A DNA stretch of 54,606 nucleotides, filler included, from Sluysia triapertura (Eukaryota): the NCBI GenBank assembly GCA_046118255.1. It is 4 parts of 4 records of this genome, joined end to end, with 100 filler letters (N's around TTAATTAATTAA, not from the genome) between each part and the next. Parts side by side here need not be neighbours in the genome. Positions count along the whole stretch, not along the records: positions 32,490 to 43,541 come from JBJNIA010189574.1; positions 43,642 to 54,606 come from JBJNIA010190796.1; 2 more parts are not named here. The stretch is one strand, 5' to 3'. The position numbers and the translations under genes were made by a program. Position 1 is the stretch's first letter. The number at the start of each line of letters is the position of its first letter. The notes below the pieces were generated by a model. The model did not search any database, had not been told where the DNA came from, and saw only the letters and a program-made list of their open reading frames with translations. This document shows positions 35,737 through 48,912 of the stretch, one piece after another.

Positions 35737-38700
35737 AGGAGAGAATAAAAAACTGCAACGAAACAACCTTAGAATAAGAATAATGAGAAAATAACATAAT
35801 AGTAATTTCAAAAAGATGATAACAATAATAATAATAAAAATCAAGTAACAACAGAATGATGATAGCAAAAACAATAATAATGTTGACGTTTCGTACATTT
35901 TATGTTAATGAAACAGCTTGCGTAAAGAAATCTGTTAACGAGTGCGTGTTTGTATAACAATGTAAAATGCGAGTATGCGCATTATTGTTGAAAGAATAAT
36001 TAATGTGAGAAAGAGTATAAAAGTAAATGAGTGAATGTTTTGGTAATTGAGTTTTTATTTGTGCGTAAGTTGTTAAATTTTGATTGTAAAGTTGTATTAG
36101 ATTGTAAGATAGAACACACCATATTAATAATCAAACAATTATCTAAAATCAGCAACTTCTCTGATTTTCGTTTTCATCATCAGTTATTTGATTTTCAATT
36201 TTGTATAACCACTAATGTAAAATTTATTACGACCATCAAAATTTCAAGTTTAAGTTTACAAATAAAATGAAAGAGAATCAGTGAATTTATTGCAGATTTT
36301 CAAACTTTTAATCGAAGTCCATAAAATTCAATACCAACTTTTCCAGTTCTTCTATGAATGCCATTTTCGAAGACCGAAGTACTGATAATTTTTGGATTAC
36401 CATGTGTAACTTGGCAAAAACGGTTTATTCTTGCACTACGTAACTTTTTCTAATTTTTCCAATTAAAGGCAACTTTAATGCTTTAAAATGTTTTCGAGCA
36501 AATCTAAATTTTTTCAAGGGTCTCAAGACCTTACACCAAGGTCATTGGAATTCTAAGCTATTAATCAAGTCTCAAAATGACTATGTATGTTTTCATATTC
36601 ATCATTCTTACTTTAACAATGCTTATGTTTGATCCATCATTTTGTATCCATACTTCCTGCTTCTAGTTCTTCTTCACTCGTTTCTTACTCAACACTTTGT
36701 CAACCCAAACATTCTCATTCCCGAGGAAAATGTCTGACCTCAAACATATACACCACATTATTATTAATTACACAGAAATTGAGAAATTGACAACTCCCAC
36801 AAATTAGTAGTGGAAAATTTGCAAAATGTACCAATTAGTGAATTAATAATAATAATTTTTCTGATTTTGACAAATTACAGTGTTTAGTTAGATATGAAGT
36901 GATTTTATTTATTTACAAAATAAATATTTTCGATTGACAAAATTAGTACATACTAAGTCATTATTAGAAACAAGAATTTCGATAACTTTTGAAAGAAATG
37001 AGGTTTTATGTCATTATAAAAAGACATCATGCATCACCGTTATTTTATTTTAAATATGCAATGAGGCTTTGTTCTGAATTTCATTATCTTTTAATAAAAG
37101 GCCTTATGCCGATTCTTAATGATTCGAATTTTCGAAATTTAAATAATAATAATAATAGTGATTATTTTTACTTGCGTAAATACTTTAGAGTTAGAACGGG
37201 CCTTAAGCCCATATATTAAAATATTATTTTTGATAATACAATTTTTTAAATGCTTAAACTTACCCCATCCATTTCAACTACTACTACTACTAATAATAAT
37301 AATTATTATTATTATTATTAGTATATTATTTGTAAAGGTATTTTTAGAATTAGAATTTTTAATTTTTATTAGTCTTTTTTAGCTTTTTATTGTAAAACAA
37401 ATAATTTCAAATTATTATATATTTATATTTGTTATATTAAATAAATAAATATATTAATATTTTAAATAAATCTATTATTATTAGATAAAATATAAATATT
37501 ATTATTAAAATATTGTTTAAATTCATTAGTTAAAAAATGATATGGTAAACTAGTATATAAACTACAATTATACTTCGTTCAGACACAAGTGAAATTTTAT
37601 AGTAAGATTTTATTAATTTGAAGAAGATTTTATATCATTAAAAATTATAAAGAAAACATTTAATTCCGTTGAGAAGAAATCATAACTTACCGAGAATATA
37701 ACTGTTTTAAGGAAAATTTTAAACGTTACAGAAGATAAAAAAAATAATTTATAACAATCGTTAGTTTATTTTCGTTACTAAGATTAATTTTAATAAATTA
37801 ATAAAATCAACGTGATATTTAACCAGCACGTTTCGTATTTTTTTTAAAATAAAATATTTTTTAAAAATTTAATAACTAAATATTAATTAATAAATTAATA
37901 TTTATAAATCATTTATCTAGTTCTAATATAGAATTAAAGTTAGATTAAATTAACAAATTGACTATTATTTAAACTCATAACTCAAAATTAAGAACTTTAA
38001 CTAATTTATTAGCGATTACAATTAACTTTACTAAAACCTTAATTCATTAATAGCTAGAGTGACTTTACGACATATTATTATATACATATATACATTTGCT
38101 TTTATCTAAAATATATTGACCACATTTTATTTCTGTACAACCATTCATTTCTAGCTGATATAATCTTTGTTTTATACAATTGTATTCGGTTATTTATTAA
38201 TAAATAATTTTAGTGTATATTTTTTTATTTTGAGTAATTACATCACGTCTGGAGAGTTTAGGTAATAACTATAACTATTAAAGCAGCAGAATTAGAAATA
38301 TTATAATAAAACCTCCAAACTATTTTTAAAGCTGCAAAAAATATATGTACTGGCTCTTAAGTGAATAAGTCCAGTATCATAGAGAACTCACAATAAGATA
38401 TGTAATAATTTAATTTAATTAATTTTCATAAGTACACATTTTCTGCAGTTTAATACGATTTGAATTATAATAGTAGCTGTAGTTCATGACAATTATGTGC
38501 AATGTCATGTTTTTTTTTGAATGAGTTTAGTGGTTTGTTTAATGATCTGTGTATATGTGCAATGTTTTTATGTGATGAAGTATGATGAATTTTATGAGAT
38601 TTCCCTACATTTTAAATCAGATGTTATTTGTCAAATGAATTTAAAATGGTCTGTTGAATCTACAAGACTATGCTATCTGAAATTATGCAAAAATTATTAA

Positions 38701-39106
38701 ATAAAAAATTAAAATTAATTAAATACCAAAATACTGAAAAGAAAATCAATATTTATAATTATTTTTTAAAAATGAGTATTCAAGAATTTATGTTAATTAA
38801 GATTTTTATGGTATTGTTTAACAAAATTGAAATTTTGAATACAAAAAATTTCTTATCAGGTAGTCTAAGTACTGAATCAGTGGATACTCTTATGTTTATT
38901 TTTTATTCTAATAATAAAAGTTGGTCAAATTTGGTTCATTTGTTAGTTTTAAAATTGTGTGTTGTTTTTAAAGGCATTGAGCCAGACTTGTTTCTTAATT
39001 TAATCGATTCAAATATTTTAAAGTAATTTGTATTTAAAACTTGATAAAATTATAAATAAATTTAAGCGCAACAAAAACTTAATTTTCTTTCGTTCTCTAC
39101 TTGCAT

Positions 39107-39809
39107 TCAAAATATCATATTCAAGATTTCGCATTCGCTATCGCTATCGATTTCATGGTCACTTTCGGAAAATTCAGCCAACTCATCTTCTCTTTCAGAT
39201 TGTGAGATTTCATCAATCTGAGAACATTCTTCACTTATATTATTTACTTCCTCCTTCATTTTTGAAATTCTGGACATCATTAGGATTAGATATAAACTAA
39301 CCAATAAACTACATAATTAGATATAAAATAAACAAATTTTATAAATATTCCTATTTATGCACCTGAAATGGCAATTTCAACAAATTTTACACGATTTTAA
39401 ATTTATTTGACGTCACCTCGCAGGAAATGCCAAAATTCAAAAACTACGTTGTACAAGTATTTTTAGAACTTATCACATCAATGATCCGCAAAAAATGTAG
39501 GCAGCTTCTATATCTTCTGTGTCTTCTATTACGACTGAAATGGGGATGCCCAATATAAACTAGAATAGAAGTGGTGTTACCAAATGTTTTTGATATTAAG
39601 TGTAAAATTATGTAAAATTTGAAAATGTTGTAAAATCGAAAGGTGTCAAAAGACACCTCATGGTAGAAATAAGTATACCAGATACGGATATTTAGATTTA
39701 GAATAAGCTGAAAGAAAATTATACCGCTAAATAAACATGAATTGAGAAAACATGGTTAAACTTAGAAAATGATTTCAAATTAAAATGTTAAAGGTGTCTT
39801 TTAATAGTG
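39107..39809 (-). mobile_element. Possible 5' part of a decayed piggyBac element
   Basis: TTAA-CACTATTAAAAGACACC end at 39809, palindrome AGGTGTCAAAAGACACCT at 39641, and an acidic Ser/Glu/Asp-rich ORF (39107-39304) resembling piggyBac transposase N-termini. No catalytic core is recognisable. Confidence 0.35.
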
Positions 39810-40915
39810 TTAACTAATATTATTCAGCTGTTAAATTCAGTTTTTAGAATTTAATTGATTTTCAGTTATCCTTGGCCAATTTTCTAATAAAAAACATTTA
39901 AGGCTTTTATTTTCAAACAAGTCATTTTATAAACTTTAAAAATTCATTTCTAAATTTTTCCTTATATTCACTTCATCATCATTCTATCATTTTAAATATG
40001 AAATACATAATATTGTAGAATTGAGAATTACTAAAAACTTTACTTTACTCAATATTTAGTTTTTCCTTGCTCTAACCCGTCAAACCATATATTTATCAAA
40101 AGATATTGCTAAACAGACTTATACACAACTTCGTCATAATATTCATCATTCAATTGTTATTTGTATAAATGTGTTTTTCCTTAGTTAATTTAAGATTTTA
40201 ATTAATTAATCTATTTTTAGATTTTATTCTATTTTGTGCTTAAAGGTTTTATTAAGATTCTAAAGTTGTTTGATGTTTCATCCGCATTTTTGTGCTTTCA
40301 CAATTTAGACTGCCTTTTCTGTTCGAAATATTAACAAATCAAATTAGTATGTTATTATCAACGACTTTATTCCACAACTATTTATCAAGGTTAGTCAAAA
40401 CTTATTTAGACTTCAAAGATTCTGAAAGTTCAAAAGGGTCATGAGATTCACAAATTCAAGGATTATTTATTGCTTCTAAGCCAATCTCAAGTTCTTCCAA
40501 GGGTCTTAAGGATGTTTTCATTTTCATCATTCTCACTTCACTAATATTTATTGTATCCTGTCCATTATTCTATATCAACTTTTCATGTACTTATCCAAAA
40601 ATACGTCTTCTTCACTTATTTCTTATTCAGCAATTGAGTAGTCTCATCAATGTTTTGTTAAAGAAAATCATATGTTTGTTTTAAAGAACATTTATTGTTA
40701 GCAAAAAATAAAATATTTGTAATAAAATAATTTTAGTATTTGTTTTAAATAAAACAATACGTTTATTTTAAAATACACCCAGACAAAAAATTGTATAAAT
40801 GTATGAAAATTGTATAACTAAACTTTTGATTTTTACACCAAATTAATTATAAATAAAGCTGTGCCAATATATTTATAGAATAAAATTTTAAGATTACATT
40901 TAAATTAACATGGTT

Positions 40916-41893
40916 TTACTTGGTTGCAGTTGTAGAAATTTCTGTAACATCATCCACTTTAGCAAATAACTTTTGATATAATATTTTTGGAATCCAAACT
41001 TTCGCACATTTAATGCGAAAATTTTTCATTAATATTATATAAACAAAAGGATTAACAACGCTGTTTAATGCAGTTAAAAACACACCAGCAATACCTAAAG
41101 GTGAATTAATGACGTATTTTGTGACTTCTAAAAATCCTAATATGTAATATAAAACATCATAGGCAAATGCTAAAATAAAAATTAACGTGATAACAAAAGT
41201 GGACAATGTGAACATTTTAGTAGCTTTTTGAAATTTATCATTAGATGATTGTTTACTGGAAACAGACTTTCGAAGAAAAAAATAAACTCGACCGTATAAA
41301 TAAATAAATAAACTTGTTGGTATAAAATAACCGACACAAGCCCACATAATTGCGTAACCTTTAAAAAAGTCTTTCATAATTAAACCATCAAATTGAGGTA
41401 TTGGCAAGCAAGTACCATTATATAACAGTCGACTTTGAAGTGACGATGGACATATTATTATAGTTGGTACTAAAAATAAAACAATGTAAGTAAGTGCAAT
41501 TTTTAATTTTATATTCTTTTTGTAAATATGAGCTGTCACAACTGCCCAATAACGATCGAATGCTGTAAAAACTAAATTTATAATACTCATGTGAACTAAG
41601 AACCAATAAATTGTTTGACTGTAAAATATTCTACAAGCAATCCAATCAAAAAAGTATATGTTAGCATACAAATTATTTGGAATAACAATTAATAAAAATG
41701 ATGTTAAACAAACACCACAGTCAATTAATGATTGATTTCTTAATAACAAGGTTGTATAACGAGATTCTACTGATTGAATAAAAACTGTAATACCAAATGA
41801 TAAATTGGATACTACTCCTATAACCATAATAACGCTTTGGAAACTGTTAAACAGTTGTATAGATGTAATTTCCATAGGCTCATTGCTGGACAT
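40916..41893 (-). CDS. Class A (rhodopsin-like) 7TM G-protein-coupled receptor, intronless, orphan ligand
   Basis: 325-aa ORF with seven hydrophobic segments. TM1 GVVSN, TM2 NQSLID, TM3 Cys (WIACR) followed by FDRYWAV (DRY motif), ECL2 Cys (GTCLP), TM5 YFIP...LY, TM7 NSVVNPFVY (NPxxY) and a helix-8 NFR motif. Confidence 0.95.
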   Translation of the reverse strand: MSSNEPMEITSIQLFNSFQSVIMVIGVVSNLSFGITVFIQSVESRYTTLLLRNQSLIDCGVCLTSFLLIVIPNNLYANIYFFDWIACRIFYSQTIYWFLVHMSIINLVFTAFDRYWAVVTAHIYKKNIKLKIALTYIVLFLVPTIIICPSSLQSRLLYNGTCLPIPQFDGLIMKDFFKGYAIMWACVGYFIPTSLFIYLYGRVYFFLRKSVSSKQSSNDKFQKATKMFTLSTFVITLIFILAFAYDVLYYILGFLEVTKYVINSPLGIAGVFLTALNSVVNPFVYIILMKNFRIKCAKVWIPKILYQKLFAKVDDVTEISTTATK

Positions 41894-43541
41894 TTTTAAT
41901 AAATATTCTGAAAAAATTGCCTTTTATAAACATTAAGTAGCGTAAATAATCAACTTTTACTGAATTAAAAACAATGGAAAATAAATTTTAATAGTTTAAA
42001 TTAATTAATTAATTTCATTTCATTTGTAAAATACGATTATAATTAAATTTAATTAGAAGCTTTTAATTAACCATCTCCTTAAATATGTAATGTCAATTTT
42101 CCTCTATAAAATAAAAATGAAAAAAAGGTTACCACAATTGCGGAAAGTATTAAAAACATAATCTCAAATAAAAGTTAATAGGTTAGTCGTTTTTCATATA
42201 ATACTAAAACTTGTAAAAAAGTTTTTCCTATGTGATTATTTAGCGTAAAAATACCAATTAATTTGAAAATGTACACAGTAATAAATATTACTTATTGAAA
42301 CTTAAATAAAAATTTAATACAACACAAACTTAATTTTATTTAAGAACAAATATGTCCAAAAGTCTTAATTAAAAATAAAAATTATTGTTGCTAATATGCA
42401 GCATAGAAATTAACTACATTTGATGGTATTAATTACTATAATTAATGTTCCTATTTAACAATAATCATTCTGATTCAAAAAGTACATTTCTTTTTAATTT
42501 AAAACTGAAGGCGTTTAAGTTATTTTTAATATTTTGAAAAAAAGTTTGGTCATATAACTTCTTTAATTACCATTTTGCATAAAATACTTCTAATTCATGT
42601 TCATTAATTGTTATTTATTTGTTAATAGTTTTGTATGAGGATTTCAATTATATAATATTTCATGATGTTTTCACATTTGAAGTACCATTTGAAATATATC
42701 TTCAATGTTTTTAAAATGATAAAAATTACAAATTATTTAAATAAATTAATCTTCAGCAGTAAAATAAATCCTTTTAATTTTATCGTGCATATTAATATAT
42801 GTTTACTAGTTTATTTTCAACCATAAACAGTCAAGACTTTAACTTATTTTAAATAATAAACTTGCATTTCCATCAGAGTAGAATTCAGAACTAATTTCCA
42901 CAATGTAATAATATTTATTTTATAAATATTAAATTATATTTTCAAATTCCTATGCATGAACGTTACATTTTTTGCAAGTTTTAATGTAACATTTAAAAAT
43001 GTCTTTCATCTATCTTTTGCATGTGATATAAATATGTTACTGTGGTTTTTCTTTATACTAAGTTACAACAAAATAAATGTTAGCAGGTTCTACTATATTA
43101 TACGACTCAAAACGTGTGTTAGGTAGTTTGAATGTGAAATGATAGCTTCTAATGTAAAATTTAACTTTAGCAAGTATGTTACTAAATATTATTATATCGA
43201 CTTTTATTCAATATATATCTCAGAATAATAATTGTAAATGTTTTTCGAGTTTTGGTAAAATTTTATGCTTATTCTTGACTAGTCCACCAGTCTAATTAAA
43301 GTTTCAAGCAGAATTTTGCGTTTGATGTATCTATGTTTTCAGTATACATGTGTAGGGAAATCACACAAAAATTCATCACATAAAAACATCATTTACATAC
43401 ACAAAAAGTTAAACAAACTACTAGACTCATTCAAAATACAAACTGTGATGACTAATATCTATCTAAAATTTGTTGACTAACATTTGTGATTAGTATTTAT
43501 GCTATCGTATTGATTGATGACTAATAAGCATATATTTATTA

Positions 43542-43641
43542 NNNNNNNNNNNNNNNNNNNNNNNNNNNNNNNNNNNNNNNNNNNNTTAATTAATTAANNN
43601 NNNNNNNNNNNNNNNNNNNNNNNNNNNNNNNNNNNNNNNNN
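43542..43641. other. Artificial contig-joining spacer
   Basis: 44 N + TTAATTAATTAA + 44 N. Confidence 0.95.
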
Positions 43642-44294
43642 CAAGATTTTTTGTAATGCTAGTTGTCAAAAATTCAATAACAGAGTTAATTAAATTAATT
43701 TTTTTCGAAAATCAGTTTATAAACAGTTTGCAATAATGTAATTAGCGCGTTGTGATCTTTATTTGGTATTATTGAAGAAAAAAATTTATTGCTTGCTAAA
43801 AAAATCGATGTCTCACGAAAAATGATCGATTTTTATTTAAAAAATCTAAAAAAATACCAAAATCATAATTCAATTGAATTCCACACCAATCCACACCTTT
43901 AAAATAAGCTCATTCTTAACAATCGGCTCACAGAATCTTTTCTCCTCAAAAAGCAACCCAAGAAACCATAGTTCTAACAACAAGCATAATTAATAAGTTC
44001 AAAAGTAAGACATGAATCACTTTACGAAATGGATCGATTTTATATAACACCTTTATCTACGTCTATACTCGTTATTAGATATCCGTGAGTCTTTTTAATA
44101 GGCTTTGAATAGTCAGCTTTACGGCACATTGAAAAATATGAATTTTATGTAGTAAATGACCATCCGTAAAAAGTTTAAAGTTATCACTGAAGAAGTAAAT
44201 TTTATACGACTTTTCATATTACAATCATTAAATAATTTATACAGCTTATAATATAATATCAGAGATAATAGAGTTATTTAGATAGCTTTCCATA

Positions 44295-44567
44295 TTGAGT
44301 CATCAAATATTTCATACAATGAGTCATCAAATATTTCATACATTGAGTCGTCAAATATTTCATACATTGAGTCATCAAATATTTCATACAATGAATCATC
44401 AAATATTTCATACAATGAGTCATCAAATATTTCATACAATGAGTCATCAAATATTTCATACAATGAGTCATCAAATATTTCATACATTGAGTCATCAAAT
44501 ATTTCATACATTGAGTCATCAAATATTTCATACAATGAGTCATCAAATATTTCATACAATGAGTCAT
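44295..44567. repeat. 24-bp minisatellite, 11 full units plus a partial unit: (A/T)TGAGTCATCAAATATTTCATACA
   Basis: Directly visible. Units differ almost only at position 1, plus two isolated substitutions. Confidence 0.97.
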
Positions 44568-45266
44568 ATAATTTTTACAATTTATAATAATATTATAGAT
44601 AATAGAATAATTTAGATAACTTTCTGTGTAGCAAATAATAAAATATTTTATACAATTAATAATATCAAAGCCAATACAGATTATACAATGAACATTGAAT
44701 TTTTTAAGGATATATTAATCCCCGTTCTTCTAGGTCCTTCTTGACATTCCATATTCATAAACATTTCTTCGTCTTCTAGCATTGGAAAGGCTTCACTTAG
44801 CCCGAGATGTTTGATTTTAAATATATTAGGATATAACTAATTGTTTTTTGAATTCTGTTAGATTTTTGGTATCGAGTTTTTCTAAAATGAACCACCATTT
44901 TAGAAGCGACACAAATTGATTTGAAATGAGTTTATTCGATGAATTCATTCTAAACAGCGGCTGATTTTTCTGATTATCTGTTATCGAGGTAGGGGTTTCA
45001 AAATAAATACAATTTGCATAAATACCTAAAGAAACATTTAATAATATAAAAGGAATATAATAAAAAAATAACTAAAAATAAAATAACCAAAATAGAATAA
45101 TAAAAAGACAATGTTTTAATAATATAATAGCAATATCAAATTTTAGATTGTATTTGTGCACACATTGATGTAAGTATTGTTATCGTTATTGGAGTCGTTG
45201 TAAAAGTTTGAGTTATGTTCTGTTATTATTACCGAATTTTGTTTATGTATCAATAATGTCTATGGC

Positions 45267-45312
<46 letters not shown>

Positions 45313-45726
45313 TGACGACAATCGCGATTATGTTATGTTTATAAGTTAGTGTATTGTAATGAGATTCGTGCGGTGTGTTTTGATATTTGTTTAAGATGAC
45401 GTTTCGTACACATATGTATGTAATGTTGGAGGAGTAGTATAATCGCAGATGAAGGATTGAGAATCAAAGAAATGTAGCGCGAAGAGCTAAAGAAGACGAA
45501 GTAAAATTATTAGTTAAGTTACACAATCGTATTAATGTGTTATGTTTACCTTTCCAAGACAGTTGATTTCACATTTTATACAACTTTTAATGTCAAATTT
45601 AAAAGCGTTTTTGAGGATTGTTCAAAAAGTTGTCAATCTTAATTTAATATACTTGATAAAACATTTTATGTTTCACATAGATTGCGGCACAATCTTAGAC
45701 TAAAGTAAATTTAATTCCCAAATTCA

Positions 45727-45900
45727 CAGCGGCGTGCCGAGATCGTGTCATATGAAGGGGCAAGACCTCGACCTGGCGCCCCCAAACACCACCACCAATG
45801 GTCAAAAATCACCATACATTTATTTCTTTTTCTGTTTTTCTAGAAGCATTTTTGTGCCCCCGTGACGCAAGGCATGGAGTACTTGTTCCACCATTTGTTC
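45727..45900 (+). mobile_element. Possible hAT-like MITE end
   Basis: A GC-rich island starting CAGCGGCGTGCCGAG...GGGGCAA...GGCGCCCCC resembles hAT termini and subtermini. No clear partner TIR. Confidence 0.3.
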
Positions 45901-46380
45901 TGTTAGTGGATTCTTATACCACAAGCATGATTACATCAAATGCGTGCCAGTTTTTCGTCCAGTCCAAGTCTGTTCACATCAGTAGCATTAAAATCTTTAC
46001 TTATTCCAATCAGTTAACATAGTCTAAGTAATCTATTTACCATAAGCTCATGGATGTTCTAAACAATATTTTGCCCATTGTTTTTATAATATTGCGGAAA
46101 TAACGATCCTGCTGTACTACACAACACAGAGTAATTGTTATTCCAAGTTACACAAGAACTCAGTCATCTTATATAGTTTCCACTTATCCAGCATCGACCA
46201 ATGTGCATCACAAACTCGACTCTTCAAAAGTATCTATCATCTAGTATTTCTAATGCATTTAATGTACATAGATATTTATTTTTATAATCTATTATTATTG
46301 GTTTGTATTTTTAGAACGAAAAAGTTATTTGTTGGATTTTGGAGGACGAGTAAAAACATCGTCAGTGAAAAATTTTGCAT
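45900..46380 (-). pseudogene. Decayed retroviral-type (rve) integrase fragment, probable LTR-retrotransposon relic
   Basis: Collinear fragments across frameshifts: FTRPPKSNK, KYKPIIIDYKNKY, LVDAG, KMTEFLCNL/GIT and QQDRYFRNIIKTMGKIL...W.IDYLDYV. These resemble GPLPKS..YILVIIDYFSKY..SDNG..F..FC..LGI..QSNG.VER.NRTL..ML...WD.YL. Confidence 0.4.
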
Positions 46381-48833
46381 TAGNNNNNNNNNNNNNNNNN
46401 NNNNNNNNNNNNNNNNNNNNNNNNNNNNNNNNNNNNNNNNNNNNNNNNNNNNNNNNNNNNNNNNNNNNNNNNNNNNNNNNNNNNNNNNNNNNNNNNNNNN
46501 NNNNNNNNNNNNNATATACATCTAAATAAAATTAATATTTTCCTTTGCATTTAAACATACACTATTTATTATCAAATATAGATTATAATAATAAAAAAGG
46601 AAAATGAAAATACAAAAAGTTTTTTAATTAATTTTGAAGGCAAACTTTTATCTTAAACAAATTAGTTTTTACAAATTTATTTTGGTGATTAATCTGAAGC
46701 AGCAATAATTTTTAAAATAGAAAATTAATATAAAATATTCTTATAAATTTCAATAATTTATCAATTAAGCAGAATATTTCTTATAATACTAGTTATCAGT
46801 AAAAGCAAAAAAGGAGTTTCTTAGCAAAACTCAAAATGGTTTCTTAAAAGCATGACAGTTTAATCAGAATTTCGTATAGATTATATACGACATATACATA
46901 TGTTTCAAAAATTTGGAACTAGTTATTAAAAGATTGCAAAGTATTTTAAAATATTTTTCCAATACTTATTTTCTGATAGATAACCTTTTTATATAAAATT
47001 GTTTTTGGATATTAAAACAAGCAATAACGTCTCGAATCTTGAACATTTTCTGTTGTTCAATAAATAAGTAAATCAATTTCATATGTTGTATTGATATAGA
47101 AAAATTAATCATAGATTAGTGTATTAAAGAATATAATATTATGATACATTGTTGGAACCTAATTAGCTGTTAAATTAAATCATAAATCACTGCCTTAAAA
47201 ATGCGATATTTTTTAGTTGTTTCCAGTTGTAATAAGTGTTGATTTGTGTGATCTAGGATCCATGTAGTAGGCTTGTGAAGTTTAAGCAAAATTATGTTGA
47301 CGTCAATCTATATGTGATTTATTTCCAAAAGTAATATTATTTTAACTACTAAAATTTACACTTCTATCTTTACCATAAGTTCAGAACTAATATGGTTACA
47401 ATCAAGTGGCCTTATTTGATTAACATATTTTAAACAATAATTCGAGTATTGATAAAGAATATAAAATACTTTTAATAATGATAATTATAAATAATATAAA
47501 TAGCCAATTTTTCCAAATTTTTATTATAATACAAAATTTAATTTTTTCATTAAATAATTTTGAATGTTACCTACTCGAAATAATAAAAAAGATTTTTTAC
47601 AAATACAATTCAGACAAAAATTATCTTTTTTTGATAACAAGGTAAATTTAAATCATGAATTTATTAGGCAAAAAATAGCAGCAAACTTTCTATGAACATC
47701 AATACTTATAAAGAAATATGCACTTTATTCAACACAAAAGGCACTGCAACTCACCCTACACATTTTAGAGTTACACAAATTATCACTTAAAATAATCTTA
47801 ACTCACAAAATCCTTTTTATATACATCAAAATTAATACCGTAGTTCGAGTAAGACTCTATGAAACCTTTATTCTTATTATTGCCAATAAGAATTTAAAGA
47901 AAATCATTATGTAACTATTCAAATGAAAAATATTCGAAGAATCCAAACTTAATCAAAATTATTTCATATGCAACCTTATTAAACACTTTAAATATTATCA
48001 TTCAAGACAAAGATCATTGCAAAATTTTCGTTCTTATCGTAAATTTTAATTACATCGATCTTTTATTCACATTTACATTCCAAGACGAGTAAACAAGCAG
48101 TCTTTCTACAAACGATAAAATATAACAGCAGTGAAATACAATCACTAAAAATAATTTGCAAGACAGTTCCTTCATTTATAATACTTTAAAATTAATTTAA
48201 AATGTGTAAAACTTTAAGCAAGATTAAAAATTTAAGATATTTCAAAGAATTAAGGAGTTAGAATAAATCAACGAAATGAATCACAGCATCGTTACACAAT
48301 TCCCTCATCATCACGACTACCAAGCCAATGATATGTGCAAACCATTACCCATAACGTTGGCTATTAAAAAGTTATATAATAAAATTTTAGAATATTAAAA
48401 TTTAATTAGTGAACGAAGTTTATTCTGTGTCAACTTTGAGACATTTGATTACTGATATAAAATTTTAAATAAGCAAGGAAAACATCAATATTAACAATAT
48501 TTTGATGATAATCATTAGAAGTGTTTCGAAGTTATTGGTAGTATTGAAATAAATGACGCTAAAAGCTTAGTTTCTGAAAATAAAATTTCCTAATTGTAGC
48601 ACAAATTTTCATCTATAACGCACTGTCTACAAACATTTAAAACAGAACATATGAATCATGATGTTGAAAATTGAATTTATCCATTTTTTGATGTATTTGA
48701 TGAAAATTCATCGAATCAATGTACGAACTTATCAGTACGTTCACTTACTTCTCAGAAAAGAATAGTAGCAAACAAAAGTGCTTGCCATAAATCCGAATCT
48801 GATAATTATAATTGCACCGATAACAATCAACAA

Positions 48834-48912
48834 TCATATAATTCGTATTTATTATATAATTCGTATTATAATTCGAATTTATTATAATTCGTATTTATCA
48901 TATAATTCGTAT
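48834..48912. repeat. Short minisatellite (ATAATTCGTATTTATT-like, five copies)
   Basis: ATAATTCG(T/A)AT core repeated five times with variable spacing. Confidence 0.85.

Noticed and set aside
35599-35898. Poly-Leu / poly-Ile hydrophobic ORFs (also 37158-37382)
   Set aside because: They are translations of (AAT)n microsatellite.
44295-44567. 24-bp repeat array as a CRISPR array
   Set aside because: Units are head-to-tail with no spacers, there are no cas genes, and the context is eukaryotic.
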